A stretch of 64,000 bases of DNA from Acidobacteriota bacterium. Its GTDB lineage: Bacteria; Acidobacteriota; UBA6911; RPQK01; JAJDTT01. The notes under the pieces were generated by a model. It was not told the DNA's origin and searched no databases. It saw only the letters and a program-made list of their open reading frames with translations. This document shows, piece after piece, positions 18,516-26,456 of this stretch. Both the position numbers and the translations under genes were made by a program. The stretch is from positions 2,400,001-2,464,000 of the forward strand of contig OZ242374.1 of the NCBI GenBank assembly GCA_965209055.1. Direction: 5' to 3'. The stretch's first letter is position 1; each line of letters opens with the position of its first letter.

Positions 18516-19622
18516 TCAGGGGTGCTGACGTCCGCAAATCTGCGGGGCCACGAAATTCAGGCCCAGCAGCCGGAAGTAGTTCTGACCCAGGGCGATGTTT
18601 CGAAAGGCCTCGTCATTCAAGTAGCGGAAAATCCGGCTGGTGATCTCCAACTCCGTCCGGTAGACATCGAAATCCTTGTCCGCTGAAGCCAGGAAGTCGG
18701 TTCCCGGCAGCATCCGCTCCGAATACCGGTTCAAGAACGAGACATAGGCGGCCCTCTTCTCAGGTTTGGAGAAGTAGTGGTCGTCGACCACGCGCCAGGA
18801 GAGGTCCACAATCAAGTTGGGGTAGCGGTCCAACAGCGTCTCCATGATCCTGATGTGCTGTCCCGAGTCCATGTTCACGAGTTCCTTGGACAATCCCATG
18901 TGCAACCAGATGATCTTGTTGTCGGGGTAGAGGCGCAGCATCCTCTGGATCAACGCCAGGTATCGAGTGGGATCCTCGTCGTTCCCCAGATCCGCGTGAA
19001 TCGCCAGAGGGATGCCCCGTTCCCGCAGAATCGCCATGAAGGCGGCCCACTCCGGGATCTTGGCCGGCGGAACCGGTCGGTGACCGTTGTTGAACAATGC
19101 CTGTTTCACCAGGTTCACTTCCCCCATCCAGTTGAAGGCGCCGGGGTGCTCCCGATCCAGGAGCTGCATGCCGGGAAGGATCGATTCGGGCCGGGACAGG
19201 TCCGGGAAGGTCATGGACAGTGTGATGTGGACGCCGTCGGGCGCCTGCCGGACGAAGTCGGCTGCATTGTCAAAATCGTTCGTCAAACTGGGCCGGACCG
19301 GCGTGCCCGGACAATCCAGGTAGTAGGTGCATGGTGAACCCACCGGAAGCCTCTGGCCGATCCCGTACATGGTGACGAAGAGGACTCCCGTCCGTTCAAG
19401 GTAGGAGATCACCTCCCGGAAAGGAATCGCCGGACCGCCGAAGGGCCGGAAATGCACGTGGGTATCCACGACCGAGGTCTGGGGTTGTACCGAACGGTCG
19501 TAGCAGGTTGCGTCTTCAGACTGGAACATCTCCAACGTCGGCTTGGGAGGTTCGCCGGCGAATCCAGGGGCTCCCGACAGGAGAAGCAGGCCCAGCCATG
19601 TTGTCGACAGCGAGTTCTTCAT
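18516..19622 (-). CDS. Exported amidohydrolase-family protein
   Basis: Signal peptide; DTHVH, GEVN, IHAD, WLHMG and PGTDF metal-binding motifs. Confidence 0.75.
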   Translation of the reverse strand: MKNSLSTTWLGLLLLSGAPGFAGEPPKPTLEMFQSEDATCYDRSVQPQTSVVDTHVHFRPFGGPAIPFREVISYLERTGVLFVTMYGIGQRLPVGSPCTYYLDCPGTPVRPSLTNDFDNAADFVRQAPDGVHITLSMTFPDLSRPESILPGMQLLDREHPGAFNWMGEVNLVKQALFNNGHRPVPPAKIPEWAAFMAILRERGIPLAIHADLGNDEDPTRYLALIQRMLRLYPDNKIIWLHMGLSKELVNMDSGQHIRIMETLLDRYPNLIVDLSWRVVDDHYFSKPEKRAAYVSFLNRYSERMLPGTDFLASADKDFDVYRTELEITSRIFRYLNDEAFRNIALGQNYFRLLGLNFVAPQICGRQHP

Positions 19623-19795
19623 AGGGAAGGTGCCGGAGGCTGACATCGGCACCGATTTCAGCAGATTTGGACAATTTTGAGAACCCTTGGGTTTACCAGC
19701 GGGAACCCCGTTTCATTCCGTTCGCCCGGCTGCCGGACGAAGGGCAAGTCCACGCGCGCGAAGCGCAGATGAGACGAAGGAGAGCCATTCAATAG

Positions 19796-19830
19796 CGGAC
19801 AAAATGAATTTACTAATTTCATATTGTCCG
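19796..19830. promoter_or_regulatory. 35-bp imperfect palindrome (probable operator) upstream of the AAA_14 gene
   Basis: CGGACAAAATGAATTTA-C-TAATTTCATATTGTCCG; 15 of 17 arm positions pair; ends 22 nt before the ATG. Confidence 0.55.
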
Positions 19831-19852
19831 AATTTCTGATACATTCGCCATC

Positions 19853-21034
19853 ATGATCCGGCGCGAAATAACGCCCGTTCTGATCAGGCTCTTCCAGCAG
19901 TATCCCTTTGTCACCCTGACCGGGCCACGTCAATCCGGCAAGACGACACTTTGCCGGATGGCGTTTCCCGAGTTGAAATATGTGAATCTGGAAGCCCCGG
20001 ACCAGCGAGAGTTTGCCGAATCCGATCCTCGAGGTTTCCTCTCCCGGCTCGGGACCGGAGCCATCCTGGATGAGATCCAACGCGTCCCCGATCTCTCGTC
20101 TTATCTTCAGGTGCTGGCCGATGAGGAGGGCCGGAACAGTCTCTTCGTACTGACCGGAAGCGAACAGCTCAGGATTTCCGAATCCATTAGCCAGTCGCTG
20201 GCGGGACGGACGGCTCTGCTCCGTCTGCTCCCTTTTTCCCTCGCCGAGCGGGAGGAAACCGGCGCCAGCAATGTGATCGACGAGATTCTGTACTCCGGCT
20301 TCTATCCCAGGATTCACGACCGGAAACTGGAACCTCGGCAAGCGCTCGGCGACTACTTCGAAACCTATGTCGAGCGCGACGTGCGGCGGATCGGGGAGAT
20401 CCGCAACCTGCCGGGTTTTCGGCGATTCGTTCGTCTGTGCGCCGGGCGCGTCGGGCAGCTCGTCAACCTGGCCGCGCTGGGTGCCGACACAGGCGTATCT
20501 CATACCACGGCGCGACACTGGCTCGCGCTTCTGGAAGCCAGCTATATCGTGTTTCGGCTGCCGCCGTTCCATGCAAACATTCGCAAGCGTCTGGTCAAGT
20601 CGCCCAAGCTCTACTTCTACGACGTAGGGCTGGCGAGCTATCTCATCGGCATCGAGCACGCCGGACAGGTCGCCACCCACCCCCTGCGGGGAGCGCTCTT
20701 CGAGAACGCCGTGGTAGCGGAAACTCTCAAGTATCGCTTCAACCGGGGTCGCCGTTCCAACCTGTCCTTCTTCCGCGACAAGAGTGGTCTGGAATGCGAT
20801 CTCCTCTACGAGACTGGAGAAGGCATCGGCGCCATCGAGGTCAAAGCCGGCGCCACGATCGCATCCGACTATTTCCGGGCGCTCAAGAGGGTCGCCAAGG
20901 TGCTGCCGCGGATTTCCAACAAGGCGGTGGTCTATGGAGGCGTTGAAGGTCAGTTCCGGCGAGACGCCGAGGTGGCGCCGCTGGCAGATCTGCCGAAGAT
21001 GCTGGAGCGTTACGACGGTCGCGAGGGAACCTGA
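19853..21034 (+). CDS. ATP-binding protein, AAA_14 + DUF4143
   Basis: GPRQSGKTT Walker A, LDEIQ Walker B, LTGS, KSPKLYFYDVG, LFEN and the ECD...IEVK PD-(D/E)xK-like end. Confidence 0.9.
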   Translation: MIRREITPVLIRLFQQYPFVTLTGPRQSGKTTLCRMAFPELKYVNLEAPDQREFAESDPRGFLSRLGTGAILDEIQRVPDLSSYLQVLADEEGRNSLFVLTGSEQLRISESISQSLAGRTALLRLLPFSLAEREETGASNVIDEILYSGFYPRIHDRKLEPRQALGDYFETYVERDVRRIGEIRNLPGFRRFVRLCAGRVGQLVNLAALGADTGVSHTTARHWLALLEASYIVFRLPPFHANIRKRLVKSPKLYFYDVGLASYLIGIEHAGQVATHPLRGALFENAVVAETLKYRFNRGRRSNLSFFRDKSGLECDLLYETGEGIGAIEVKAGATIASDYFRALKRVAKVLPRISNKAVVYGGVEGQFRRDAEVAPLADLPKMLERYDGREGT

Positions 21035-21263
21035 TCCGCGTCCGGTTCACCGGTGCCTCGGCACTTCGAAAAGAATCGTCGATCAGCCGAGTGCCGCTCG
21101 GCCTTCAGATCTCGCTCCCAACGTCTGAAAACGGCGTTGCGCTCGCGCAGCGAGGTCTGCAATCGGTCGAGTGGACGGAGTGCCCCGACGTTTTTCGAGT
21201 TTCCTTCCATCCGTGGAACTGTCACCAGGACTACCCGTTTGGGTTCAATATCGTGAATAAGGG

Positions 21264-21479
21264 TTAACAGGCCTTGTAAGCGCGGATAGGGAGAGCTTCC
21301 GTCTCCAACGTCGACAGGTCAAGGCGCGTGGAAGCATGGTCAATGTCGAAACCGACAACATCGCCATTCGCATCGAGATCGACGTTGAGTCCGCCGGCAA
21401 CTTCCCGGGTCTCGGTACCCGGTACAGGTTTGAACTCTACGTAAAGGCTGTCGGTTTCGGGATAGTAGTGCAGTTTCAT
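21264..21479 (-). CDS. DUF2283-domain protein (probable antitoxin)
   Basis: MKLHYYPETDSLYVEF...DLDANGDVVGFDI pattern; ATGA overlap with the upstream gene. Confidence 0.8.
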   Translation of the reverse strand: MKLHYYPETDSLYVEFKPVPGTETREVAGGLNVDLDANGDVVGFDIDHASTRLDLSTLETEALPIRAYKAC

Positions 21480-21727
21480 GGCTCTTCCTCTCGAAAACCG
21501 CGATCGAAAAACGGGATGTGAATCGCCTCTCCGTCTTCCAGGGTGACAACTCGAAGTATACGCGAAGGCCCTCCGTCTGAACGGATGACTTTTCCCCAGA
21601 AGCGGATACGGCCGTCTGGTTGCCCCTGGCGTCGAATTGGTGCGGCGACGATACCGACACACCATAGAGGATCGATGTAAGGACGCTTGCGTAGCACCTG
21701 TTCCCGGAAGTAACGAGTCGTCTTCAT
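21476..21727 (-). CDS. Small basic protein, probable RelE/BrnT-like toxin partner of DUF2283
   Basis: 83 aa; QPDGRIRFWG...LRVVTLEDG; toxin-first gene pair with 4-nt overlap. Confidence 0.6.
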   Translation of the reverse strand: MKTTRYFREQVLRKRPYIDPLWCVGIVAAPIRRQGQPDGRIRFWGKVIRSDGGPSRILRVVTLEDGEAIHIPFFDRGFREEEP

Positions 21728-21959
21728 TCTGGTGAGCCAGCGCGGCCGATGAATCTTGTAATCGGTTTACCGGGCTCTTCCGCCGACAACGTCCGGCACA
21801 CGTCGAGACCGAACCGACCATCCTGTCGGCCGAGGCGCACGCCCGTGAACCTCCGTTTGCCAGTTTGCGTAAACGCCGTCGATGTACTCTAACGTCGCTG
21901 TTTCTCTTTGGATGGAAATGCCAGCCTTTCCACACAGATTGCGTCTCCGAAGTTCCCCG

Positions 21960-23096
21960 CTACAGCTTCTCGACGAGACGGGCCAGCAGCGCCACTCGGA
22001 CGGGCAGGGCATCCAGCTCGATGTGCTCGTGAAGGGCGTGGGCTCCGTCTCCGTTCACACCCAGGCCGTCCAGGGTGGGGACTCCCAGGGCGGCGCTGAA
22101 GCTGCCGTCGCTTCCCCCTCCGGTCTCTCCCTCCTGCAGGTCCAGGCCCAACTCGGCCCCGATCTCTCGCGCCCGGTCGAAGAGTTGCTGCCCGCCGTCG
22201 CCCTTGATCATTGGAGGCCGGTTGATCCCTCCCGTCACCTCCAGCCGGATTTCCGGATGCCTCGGTTTCAGGGCGTGCAACCCGTCCTCCACCCGGTGGC
22301 CCTCCTCCACGGTCCGGAACCGAAAATCGATGGTGGCTTTGGCGAACTCGGGTATCACGTTGTCCCGGGTGCCCCCTTCCGCCATGGTCACGTGGACCGA
22401 GGTCTCCAAAGAGCTGGAGGCGAGTCCGTGAATCGCTTCGATCTGGTGGCCCAACTCCCGGACGGCGTTCACCCCCCGCTCCGGCTCCACGCCCGCGTGG
22501 GCAGAGCGGCCATGGATCTTCATGGCGGCCATCCCGGCTCCCTTTCGAAACGTCTTCAGGACTCCTCCGGGCAGGGGCGGCTCGGTCACCAGCGCCAGGC
22601 CGCTCTCGCGGCTGAACTCCTCGATCAGTTCCACGCTGGCGTCGCTGCCCGTCTCTTCGTCGGTGGTGTAGAGGAACCGCACCTTCCGTCGGGGCCGGAT
22701 CCATCCTCGTGCAATGAATTCCTGGATCTTCAATGTGGCCGTCACTCCGGCCTTCATGTCGAAGATCCCGGGACCATGAATGCGTCCGTCCTCGATCCGG
22801 AAGGGCATTCGCTCCAGGCTCCCCTGAGGCCAGACCGTGTCCAGGTGGCAGAGCACCAGGATCCGGCCTTCGTCCCCCTGGTCCCATTCGGTCCAGACGA
22901 TATCGCCCACGTCTTCTCTGGGAACGATCCGCGGCTCCAGGCCGCAGTCCCGCGCATGGTCGGCGAGAAAAAACGCCAGCTCGTCCACCAGCGGCTTGTC
23001 GGTGGTGGGACTTTCCATCTCCACCAGCTTCCGGAGCAGCTCTACCGTGGAGTCCCGCTCCTCTTCGAAGGCCCTCAACAGCTCATTCCCCGTCAT
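21960..23096 (-). CDS. M20 metallopeptidase (carboxypeptidase G2-like)
   Basis: CHLDTVW, GPGIFDMKAG, DEETGS, AHAG, GGSDG and GAHA motifs. Confidence 0.9.
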   Translation of the reverse strand: MTGNELLRAFEEERDSTVELLRKLVEMESPTTDKPLVDELAFFLADHARDCGLEPRIVPREDVGDIVWTEWDQGDEGRILVLCHLDTVWPQGSLERMPFRIEDGRIHGPGIFDMKAGVTATLKIQEFIARGWIRPRRKVRFLYTTDEETGSDASVELIEEFSRESGLALVTEPPLPGGVLKTFRKGAGMAAMKIHGRSAHAGVEPERGVNAVRELGHQIEAIHGLASSSLETSVHVTMAEGGTRDNVIPEFAKATIDFRFRTVEEGHRVEDGLHALKPRHPEIRLEVTGGINRPPMIKGDGGQQLFDRAREIGAELGLDLQEGETGGGSDGSFSAALGVPTLDGLGVNGDGAHALHEHIELDALPVRVALLARLVEKL

Positions 23097-23943
23097 GTTC
23101 CCTCCAGTGGTAGCGGACGTCTCCGACGAATTCGACCCCTCCCGTCAAGTGCACTTCTCCTCCCGGCCGCCACTCCACCTCCTGCTCCCCGGTCTCGGTT
23201 CCAACCCGTGCGGGAGATCCGACCCTTCCGGTGTGAATGGCGGCCACGGCGGCTCCGCTGCAACCCGTTCCGGAGGAATGGGTCGGTCCGACGCCCCTCT
23301 CCCAGATCCGCGCCTGGAGGCGCCGGGGACCCGTGACCTGTACGAAGCTCACGTTGGTCCGCTCGGGAAAGGTGGCATGCGCCTCGAGTGCCGGCCCCAG
23401 GCGCCGGAATTCGGCATCCTCAGGCAGATTGGAGACAAAGACCACGCACTGGGGATTTCCCACCGACAGGGCCGTTATGGTCACGGTTGCGTTTTCCACC
23501 GGCAGCGAGTGGTCCACGACCTGGGACAACTCCCCTTCCAGCCGAATCGGAATCTCCTCCGGAACGAAGGAGGGCCGTCCCAGCGAGGAACGGTAGCGCC
23601 AGGAAGACTCGCCGCGGTCCAGCAGGTGATGGATCTTTTGCCCGGAAAGGGTTTCGAGAACCAGGTCCGCCTTCCGGGACAAACCCCGGTGGTGGACGTA
23701 GGCGCCGGCGCAGCGGCATCCGTTTCCCGACATGGCCGCCTCGCTGCCGTCCGGGTTGAAGATCCGGATCCGGAAGCGGTCGTCCTTCACCGGCTCGACG
23801 AAGACGCACCCGTCGCCGCCGATCCCGAAGTGGCGCCGGCAGATGGCCCGGGTCAATGCGGCCGCTCTCCGGCGGGTCAAATCGCTTTCCGGGATCACCA
23901 GGTAGTCGTTGCCGTAGGACTGGAACTTGGAGGCCGCGATCAT
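23083..23943 (-). CDS. dapF: Diaminopimelate epimerase family protein with Ser at both catalytic positions
   Basis: GNDY, RHFGIGGDG, FNPDGSEAAMSGNG, SVGNPQCV, FPERTNV and WERGVGPTHSSGTG. Confidence 0.8.
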   Translation of the reverse strand: MIAASKFQSYGNDYLVIPESDLTRRRAAALTRAICRRHFGIGGDGCVFVEPVKDDRFRIRIFNPDGSEAAMSGNGCRCAGAYVHHRGLSRKADLVLETLSGQKIHHLLDRGESSWRYRSSLGRPSFVPEEIPIRLEGELSQVVDHSLPVENATVTITALSVGNPQCVVFVSNLPEDAEFRRLGPALEAHATFPERTNVSFVQVTGPRRLQARIWERGVGPTHSSGTGCSGAAVAAIHTGRVGSPARVGTETGEQEVEWRPGGEVHLTGGVEFVGDVRYHWREHDGE

Positions 23944-23959
23944 GACGGCCCCCGCCGTC

Positions 23960-25324
23960 TCAGCTCGCGTGGATCCCACCGCTGAGTTCCTCCAGCTTTC
24001 CCCGGACCAGACTCTGGATCTCCTCCAGTCTTTGGGGCGAGTCCGCCTCGAAACGAAGCACCAGAACGGGCTGGGTATTGGAGGCCCGCACCAGGCCCCA
24101 ACCGTCCGGAAAGACGATTCGCACACCGTCAACGTCCACCGTCTCGTAGTTGTTGGAGAAGTACGACTGGGCGAGGCTGACGATTCGGAACTTGAGGTCC
24201 TCGGGACAGTCCATCCGGATCTCGGGCGTGCTGAAGGTCGGAGGGACGTCCTCCAGCAGTTGCGACAGCCGGCGCCCGCTGTCGGCGAGGATCTCCAGGA
24301 GCCTGGCTCCCGCGTAGATGGCGTCGTCGTAGCCGAAGTAGCGGTCGGCGAAGAACATGTGTCCGCTCATCTCACCGCCCAGAACGGCCCCTTCCTCCTT
24401 CATCTTGGCCTTGATGAGGGAGTGGCCCGCCTTCCACATGACGGCCCGTCCGCCGCGGGCCTCGATATCCTGGTACAAGCTCTTGGAGCACTTCACTTCG
24501 GCCACGAACGTGGTGCCGGGCCGCCGCTCCAGGATCTCGCGGGCATAGATCATCATCAACTGGTCTCCCCAGAGAATCCCGCCCGCGTCATCCACGACGC
24601 CGATCCGGTCCGTGTCGCCGTCGAAGGAGATCCCCAGATCGGCCTCACTCGAGCGGACAGCCTGCATCAGGTCTTCAAGGTTCTCCACGAGGGTGGGATC
24701 GGGGTGGTGGTTGGGGAATCGGCCGTCCGGCTCCGAATAGAGCTCGTGGACCTCGCACCCCAGGTCGGAATAGACGGCGGGCGCCACCAGGCCCGCGGTC
24801 CCGTTGCCCGAGTCGACGACGACCTTCAATCTCTTCCCCAAGGGCGGGATCCGCTCCCCGATGTGCCGGCGGTAATCCTCCATCAGGGAGGCCGATTCCA
24901 ATCTTCCGCCGCCGGAAGCGAAGTCGGCCGCTTCGATGATCTTCCGGACCTTCTGGATCTCGGCGCCGTAGATGGTGCCGGTTCCCAGGGCGACCTTGAA
25001 TCCGTTGTACTCGGGTGGGTTGTGACTCCCCGTGATCATCACGCCCGCCTCCGGCTTCAGACGGTGCAGGGAGTAGTAGAGCAGGGGAGTCGGGCAGACC
25101 CCGATGTCGATCACGGTCAGGCCGGTTCGTGTCAGCCCGCGGGCCAGGGCGTCCCGAAGCCGTGTGGAGCTCAGGCGGACGTCTCTTCCCAACGTGACTC
25201 GAGCGGCGCCGTGCCGGACAAAATAGGTTCCCAGGCCGCGGCCCAGCGTTTCCACCGAATCGTCCGCCAGATCGGTGTCGGCGATTCCCCGTATGTCGTA
25301 TTCTCGAAACAGCTCTGGGTTCAT
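23960..25324 (-). CDS. Phosphomannomutase/phosphoglucomutase
   Basis: FREYDIRG, TGSHNP (phosphoserine), FDGDTDR, GEMSGH and RASNT motifs. Confidence 0.95.
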   Translation of the reverse strand: MNPELFREYDIRGIADTDLADDSVETLGRGLGTYFVRHGAARVTLGRDVRLSSTRLRDALARGLTRTGLTVIDIGVCPTPLLYYSLHRLKPEAGVMITGSHNPPEYNGFKVALGTGTIYGAEIQKVRKIIEAADFASGGGRLESASLMEDYRRHIGERIPPLGKRLKVVVDSGNGTAGLVAPAVYSDLGCEVHELYSEPDGRFPNHHPDPTLVENLEDLMQAVRSSEADLGISFDGDTDRIGVVDDAGGILWGDQLMMIYAREILERRPGTTFVAEVKCSKSLYQDIEARGGRAVMWKAGHSLIKAKMKEEGAVLGGEMSGHMFFADRYFGYDDAIYAGARLLEILADSGRRLSQLLEDVPPTFSTPEIRMDCPEDLKFRIVSLAQSYFSNNYETVDVDGVRIVFPDGWGLVRASNTQPVLVLRFEADSPQRLEEIQSLVRGKLEELSGGIHAS

Positions 25325-25341
25325 CGAGTCTCCGGTATGCG

Positions 25342-26421
25342 CTAACTTGTTTCCGGGGTGCCCGACAGCTCGGTCTTGAGCTCGTCGATGGCCGTCACCG
25401 GACTGGGATCCTCACCGTTGAGGAGTCCCAGATAGACGCTGGCGTAGTCGCCCAACAGAATCAGCATCAGCAAACGGTCCAGCCAACTGCCGCCTTCGGT
25501 CCGGACCTCCAGAGTGGTCCCGGAACGCCGGGAGAGGAACCTCCGGGTCCAATCCAATCGGAGCCGGATCCGAGGGTGGTCCTCCGAGTCCCTGAGGAAA
25601 ACAGGAAGTATACGCTCTAACAGGCCTGCCGGGTGTCTCCATCCCACGACCTCGTTGTGATTCATTTCGGGAAGGGCCTTCCAGCAGGCGAGCTGCTTGC
25701 CGTTTTCCGCGAACTGCCCGCACCACCGGCGGGCCACCAGTTCCAAACGGTCCTGGCTGCCGTAAACGAAGGGGACTCTCCCGCGGAGGGCTTGAGCGGC
25801 CTGCTTGGCCGGGTTCTCGGAGGACGGCTGATCGGGTCCGTACGCCCGGACCCGGTCCCGGACCCAATCGAGGCACCGCTCCAGTTCCCGGTCGCGGCTC
25901 GGAATCAGCGACAGGCGGCTCAGGATGGCCAGACAGGGGAACGACAAGTACCCCAGAGCCGATCGGGGAGGCTGCCCGCCGGGAATCCGGGCCCACGGGT
26001 GTCCATGCTCCCGGGCCAGGCGCGCCAGGGCGCCGCCCGAAGAGATGCAGACGATGGAGGATCCAGCAGCATGGGCCGCCTGGAAGGCCGACGCTGTCTC
26101 CTCCGTGTTGCCCGAATAGCTGCAGAGCAACGAAAGAGTCCGGGGACCGGTAAATCCCGGAGCGCCGTAGCTCCGGTTCACCCACAACGGGACCTTCAGT
26201 TCCCGGCCCAGATAGGCCTGCAGAAAGTCGCCGGCCGCCGCCGACCCACCCATTCCGCTGACCGTAACCGATCGAACCCCGCCGGGACACGCCGGTAAAT
26301 CGACTTGGTCTCCGATCTTCAGCGCCTGCTCCAGTTGACGGTCGAACCGTCCCAGGTAGCCGAGCATGTCCCGGGTGTCGCGGCGCCGGATCTCGCGCGA
26401 GTCGTCTAGGATCGGGTTCAT
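25342..26421 (-). CDS. Bifunctional phosphoglucose/phosphomannose isomerase
   Basis: GMGGSA, SYSGNTEET, QFAENGK and PEMNHNE motifs. Confidence 0.9.
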   Translation of the reverse strand: MNPILDDSREIRRRDTRDMLGYLGRFDRQLEQALKIGDQVDLPACPGGVRSVTVSGMGGSAAAGDFLQAYLGRELKVPLWVNRSYGAPGFTGPRTLSLLCSYSGNTEETASAFQAAHAAGSSIVCISSGGALARLAREHGHPWARIPGGQPPRSALGYLSFPCLAILSRLSLIPSRDRELERCLDWVRDRVRAYGPDQPSSENPAKQAAQALRGRVPFVYGSQDRLELVARRWCGQFAENGKQLACWKALPEMNHNEVVGWRHPAGLLERILPVFLRDSEDHPRIRLRLDWTRRFLSRRSGTTLEVRTEGGSWLDRLLMLILLGDYASVYLGLLNGEDPSPVTAIDELKTELSGTPETS

Positions 26422-26456
26422 CCCGGCCGGTCTCCTTGCCAAAGAGGCGTCGTTTC

